A DNA stretch of 36,905 bases, taken from positions 1 through 36,905 of IMG/VR virus record IMGVR_UViG_3300046833_000025; one strand, 5' to 3'. Source of the stretch: a virus (lineage: Duplodnaviria > Caudoviricetes). The notes beneath the pieces are model-generated. The model was not told the origin of the DNA. It worked only from the letters and a program-made list of their open reading frames with translations, and searched no databases. The position numbers were made by a program, and so were the translations under genes. Below are positions 35,267-36,905 of the stretch, piece after piece (position 1 is the stretch's first letter; every line of letters begins with the position of its first letter).

Positions 35267-35725
35267 ATGTCCAAGATCAAGAAGGCTCCGTCCTGGGCCA
35301 TCCGGAAGGTCGCATACGCCCTCGTCGCCCTCGTCGTCGGTGTCCTCGGCGCATTCGGCATCGCAAGTGAGGTTCAGGCCGACCAGTGGACGCAGAATCT
35401 CGATGCACTGATTCCGTGGGTGCTCGGCATCATCGCCCCGGCGGTCGCCGCGTCCAAGACACACGCAGGGTCAGACTCCACGGCAACCGACGCGGACGCC
35501 GAGGCTGCGATGATCGCCGGCACCGCCACCACTGTGCAGGACCAGGTGGAGATCGCGGTGCATGACGCTCTCGCCCGCATCCCGGGTGCTGACCAGACCG
35601 CGCAGGCGGTCCTCGCGGCGATTCGGGCCGAGGAGAAGGGCGAGCACGACCCGACCAGCACCACCGCACCGGCCACCCAGACCGTCGCGCCGGGCGACGA
35701 CGCTGACTACGTCTACGGGCGGTGA
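35267..35725 (+). CDS. Holin
   Basis: Follows the endolysin; two TM segments; RKVAYALVALVVGVLGAFGI...ASKTHAGSDS. An alternative GTG start is at 35261. Confidence 0.75.
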   Translation: MSKIKKAPSWAIRKVAYALVALVVGVLGAFGIASEVQADQWTQNLDALIPWVLGIIAPAVAASKTHAGSDSTATDADAEAAMIAGTATTVQDQVEIAVHDALARIPGADQTAQAVLAAIRAEEKGEHDPTSTTAPATQTVAPGDDADYVYGR

Positions 35726-36183
35726 TTCACATGCCTGTCGATCACCTGCCCTCCTGGGCGCGCCCGACGGCGATGCGGATCAGGGGGTTCCTCCTCACTG
35801 ACGGGGCACTCCTCGTCATGCTTGCGGTCGAGGCTCTCATCCGGGGAGTCAGCTACTTGATCCGGACGCCGCCCGGCCATCCGGTGGAGCGGTTCCTCCC
35901 GCTGACCGTGTGGGCCGTCATCTGGATCGTCATCGGCGTCCTGTGTCTCGCGACAGCCCGGTGGCATGACGGTCCGGCTGCGGCGACCGCCGTAGGACTC
36001 GCTGTCGGGATCAATCTGCTGTGGGCACTCAGCCTCTTCACCGAGAGCACGACCTCCCACGGCGGGCCAGGCAACACCTGGGGCGGCGGTGCAGCCTACC
36101 TGCTGGTCGCGCTGGGGACGCTCTGGACCGTGTGGCGCACGAGCCGCGCCAACCTCATCGTGAAGGAGGCCGCCAGTGACTGA
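35722..36183 (+). CDS. Four-TM membrane protein of the lysis cassette
   Basis: Four hydrophobic segments; typical position after the holin in actinophages. Confidence 0.75.
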   Translation: MIHMPVDHLPSWARPTAMRIRGFLLTDGALLVMLAVEALIRGVSYLIRTPPGHPVERFLPLTVWAVIWIVIGVLCLATARWHDGPAAATAVGLAVGINLLWALSLFTESTTSHGGPGNTWGGGAAYLLVALGTLWTVWRTSRANLIVKEAASD

Positions 36184-36505
36184 GCTACTGTCTGGCATCG
36201 TCGTAGCCCTCCTCACCGCCTCTGGTGTGTGGGCCACTGCCCGGGCGAAGCGGCAGGGCGACAAGGAGGACGCGGACCTCGGGTGGGTGGACCGCCTCAC
36301 TGCCCGCGTGACCGCCCTGGAGAAGAAGACCGAGGACTTGTCCGCAGAGCTCGAGGAAGTGAAGCTCGACAGGTTCCGCCTCCGAGTCCTCGTGCAAGCC
36401 TTCACCGAGCACGTGCTGGCGTGGCGCCGCCGCTACCCGGACGCCGCGGACCAGCCCGAGGCGCCGGACGAGGTTGAGAAGCACCTCCGCGAACTCGCCC
36501 TGTAG
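36176..36505 (+). CDS. Single-TM coiled-coil lysis accessory protein
   Basis: AAGGAGG RBS; N-terminal TM then LTARVTALEKKTEDLSAELEEVK heptads. Confidence 0.75.
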   Translation: MTELLSGIVVALLTASGVWATARAKRQGDKEDADLGWVDRLTARVTALEKKTEDLSAELEEVKLDRFRLRVLVQAFTEHVLAWRRRYPDAADQPEAPDEVEKHLRELAL

Positions 36506-36601
36506 GCCCCTGGTGCCCTGTATGATCACCGTCGGGTCGAGCGCCCACCGGGGGCCTATATCCCAAGCCCGTGGCGTCGCGTCGCTGCTCCCCACCTACT
36601 C

Positions 36602-36637
36602 AGCCCCCGCTGGCACCTCGCCGGCGGGGGCTTTCTT
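36602..36637 (+). terminator. Intrinsic terminator at the end of the late operon
   Basis: AGCCCCCGCTGGC/GCCGGCGGGGGCT stem followed by TTCTT. Confidence 0.8.
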
Positions 36638-36646
36638 CATGCCCCG

Positions 36647-36785
36647 CCATCCCGCATCCATCCCGCAGAAGGTCCCACAGAGCACGTCGGACACGCTGGA
36701 CACGTCGAACACGCACCGTCGTGACCTGCGACGCGGCATTTCCCCTGTTCGATTACTCAGGCCCCCGAGTAGTAGGAAAACATGA
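36647..36785. other. Candidate att junction with arm-type repeats
   Basis: CCATCCCGCA at 36647 and 36658, TCCCACA at 36673, 9-bp-period CACG repeats at 36683-36713, then an abrupt join to host-like coding sequence near 36766. Confidence 0.55.
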
Positions 36786-36905
36786 AATCCCACACCGGGT
36801 GCCGCTCACCACGCGACCGACGGGCGCGGTGGGCGGCGGTGAGCTCGTCCGCGGTATGGGTGTGGTCGTCCCGGCGGTGCTGCCATTCCCCGGGATCGAG
36901 CAACT
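36757..36905 (-). pseudogene. 5' fragment of a host gene (actinobacterial family often annotated 3-methyladenine DNA glycosylase), truncated at the prophage boundary
   Basis: The minus strand reads LDPGEWQHRRDDHTHTADELTAAHRARRSRGERHPVWDFMFSYYS-GA-stop. The HPVWDFxFxYYS motif is recognised from memory as N-terminal in a longer protein. Confidence 0.6.

Larger units (their letters stand above)
1..36770 (+). mobile_element. Temperate siphovirus prophage (left end, integrase and repressor outside window)
   Basis: Canonical gene order: early genes, terminase, portal, capsid, head-tail connectors, tail tube, TAC frameshift, tape measure, minor tail, lysis. Ends at an att-like region abutting a truncated host-like gene. 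Confidence 0.95.

Overview
Most of a temperate, high-GC actinobacterial siphovirus prophage; the host is probably Corynebacteriales, which is inferred from gene content only. The + strand runs: Cro-like HTH and early genes (ParB-like, Xis-like, WhiB, HNH-type replication protein), then HNH/prim-pol/terminase, portal and head, tail, and lysis. The right prophage boundary is near 36.76 kb, where a minus-strand host gene appears to be cut off. The integrase and repressor are not in the window. Three things stand out. (1) A head-morphogenesis protein carries a C-terminal PD-(D/E)XK CdiA-type nuclease domain. It is followed by an acidic immunity-like gene and then a 101-nt CCA-ended RNA folded like tRNA-Sec but with an AGC anticodon. 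(2) An identical 55-bp GGGGGAAA frameshift cassette ends both the major capsid and major tail genes and would add the same GLxP-repeat peptide by -1 slippage. (3) There is a highly structured ~240-nt intergenic RNA candidate at 2.7-2.96 kb. All family assignments come from motif recognition by eye; no database searches were run.
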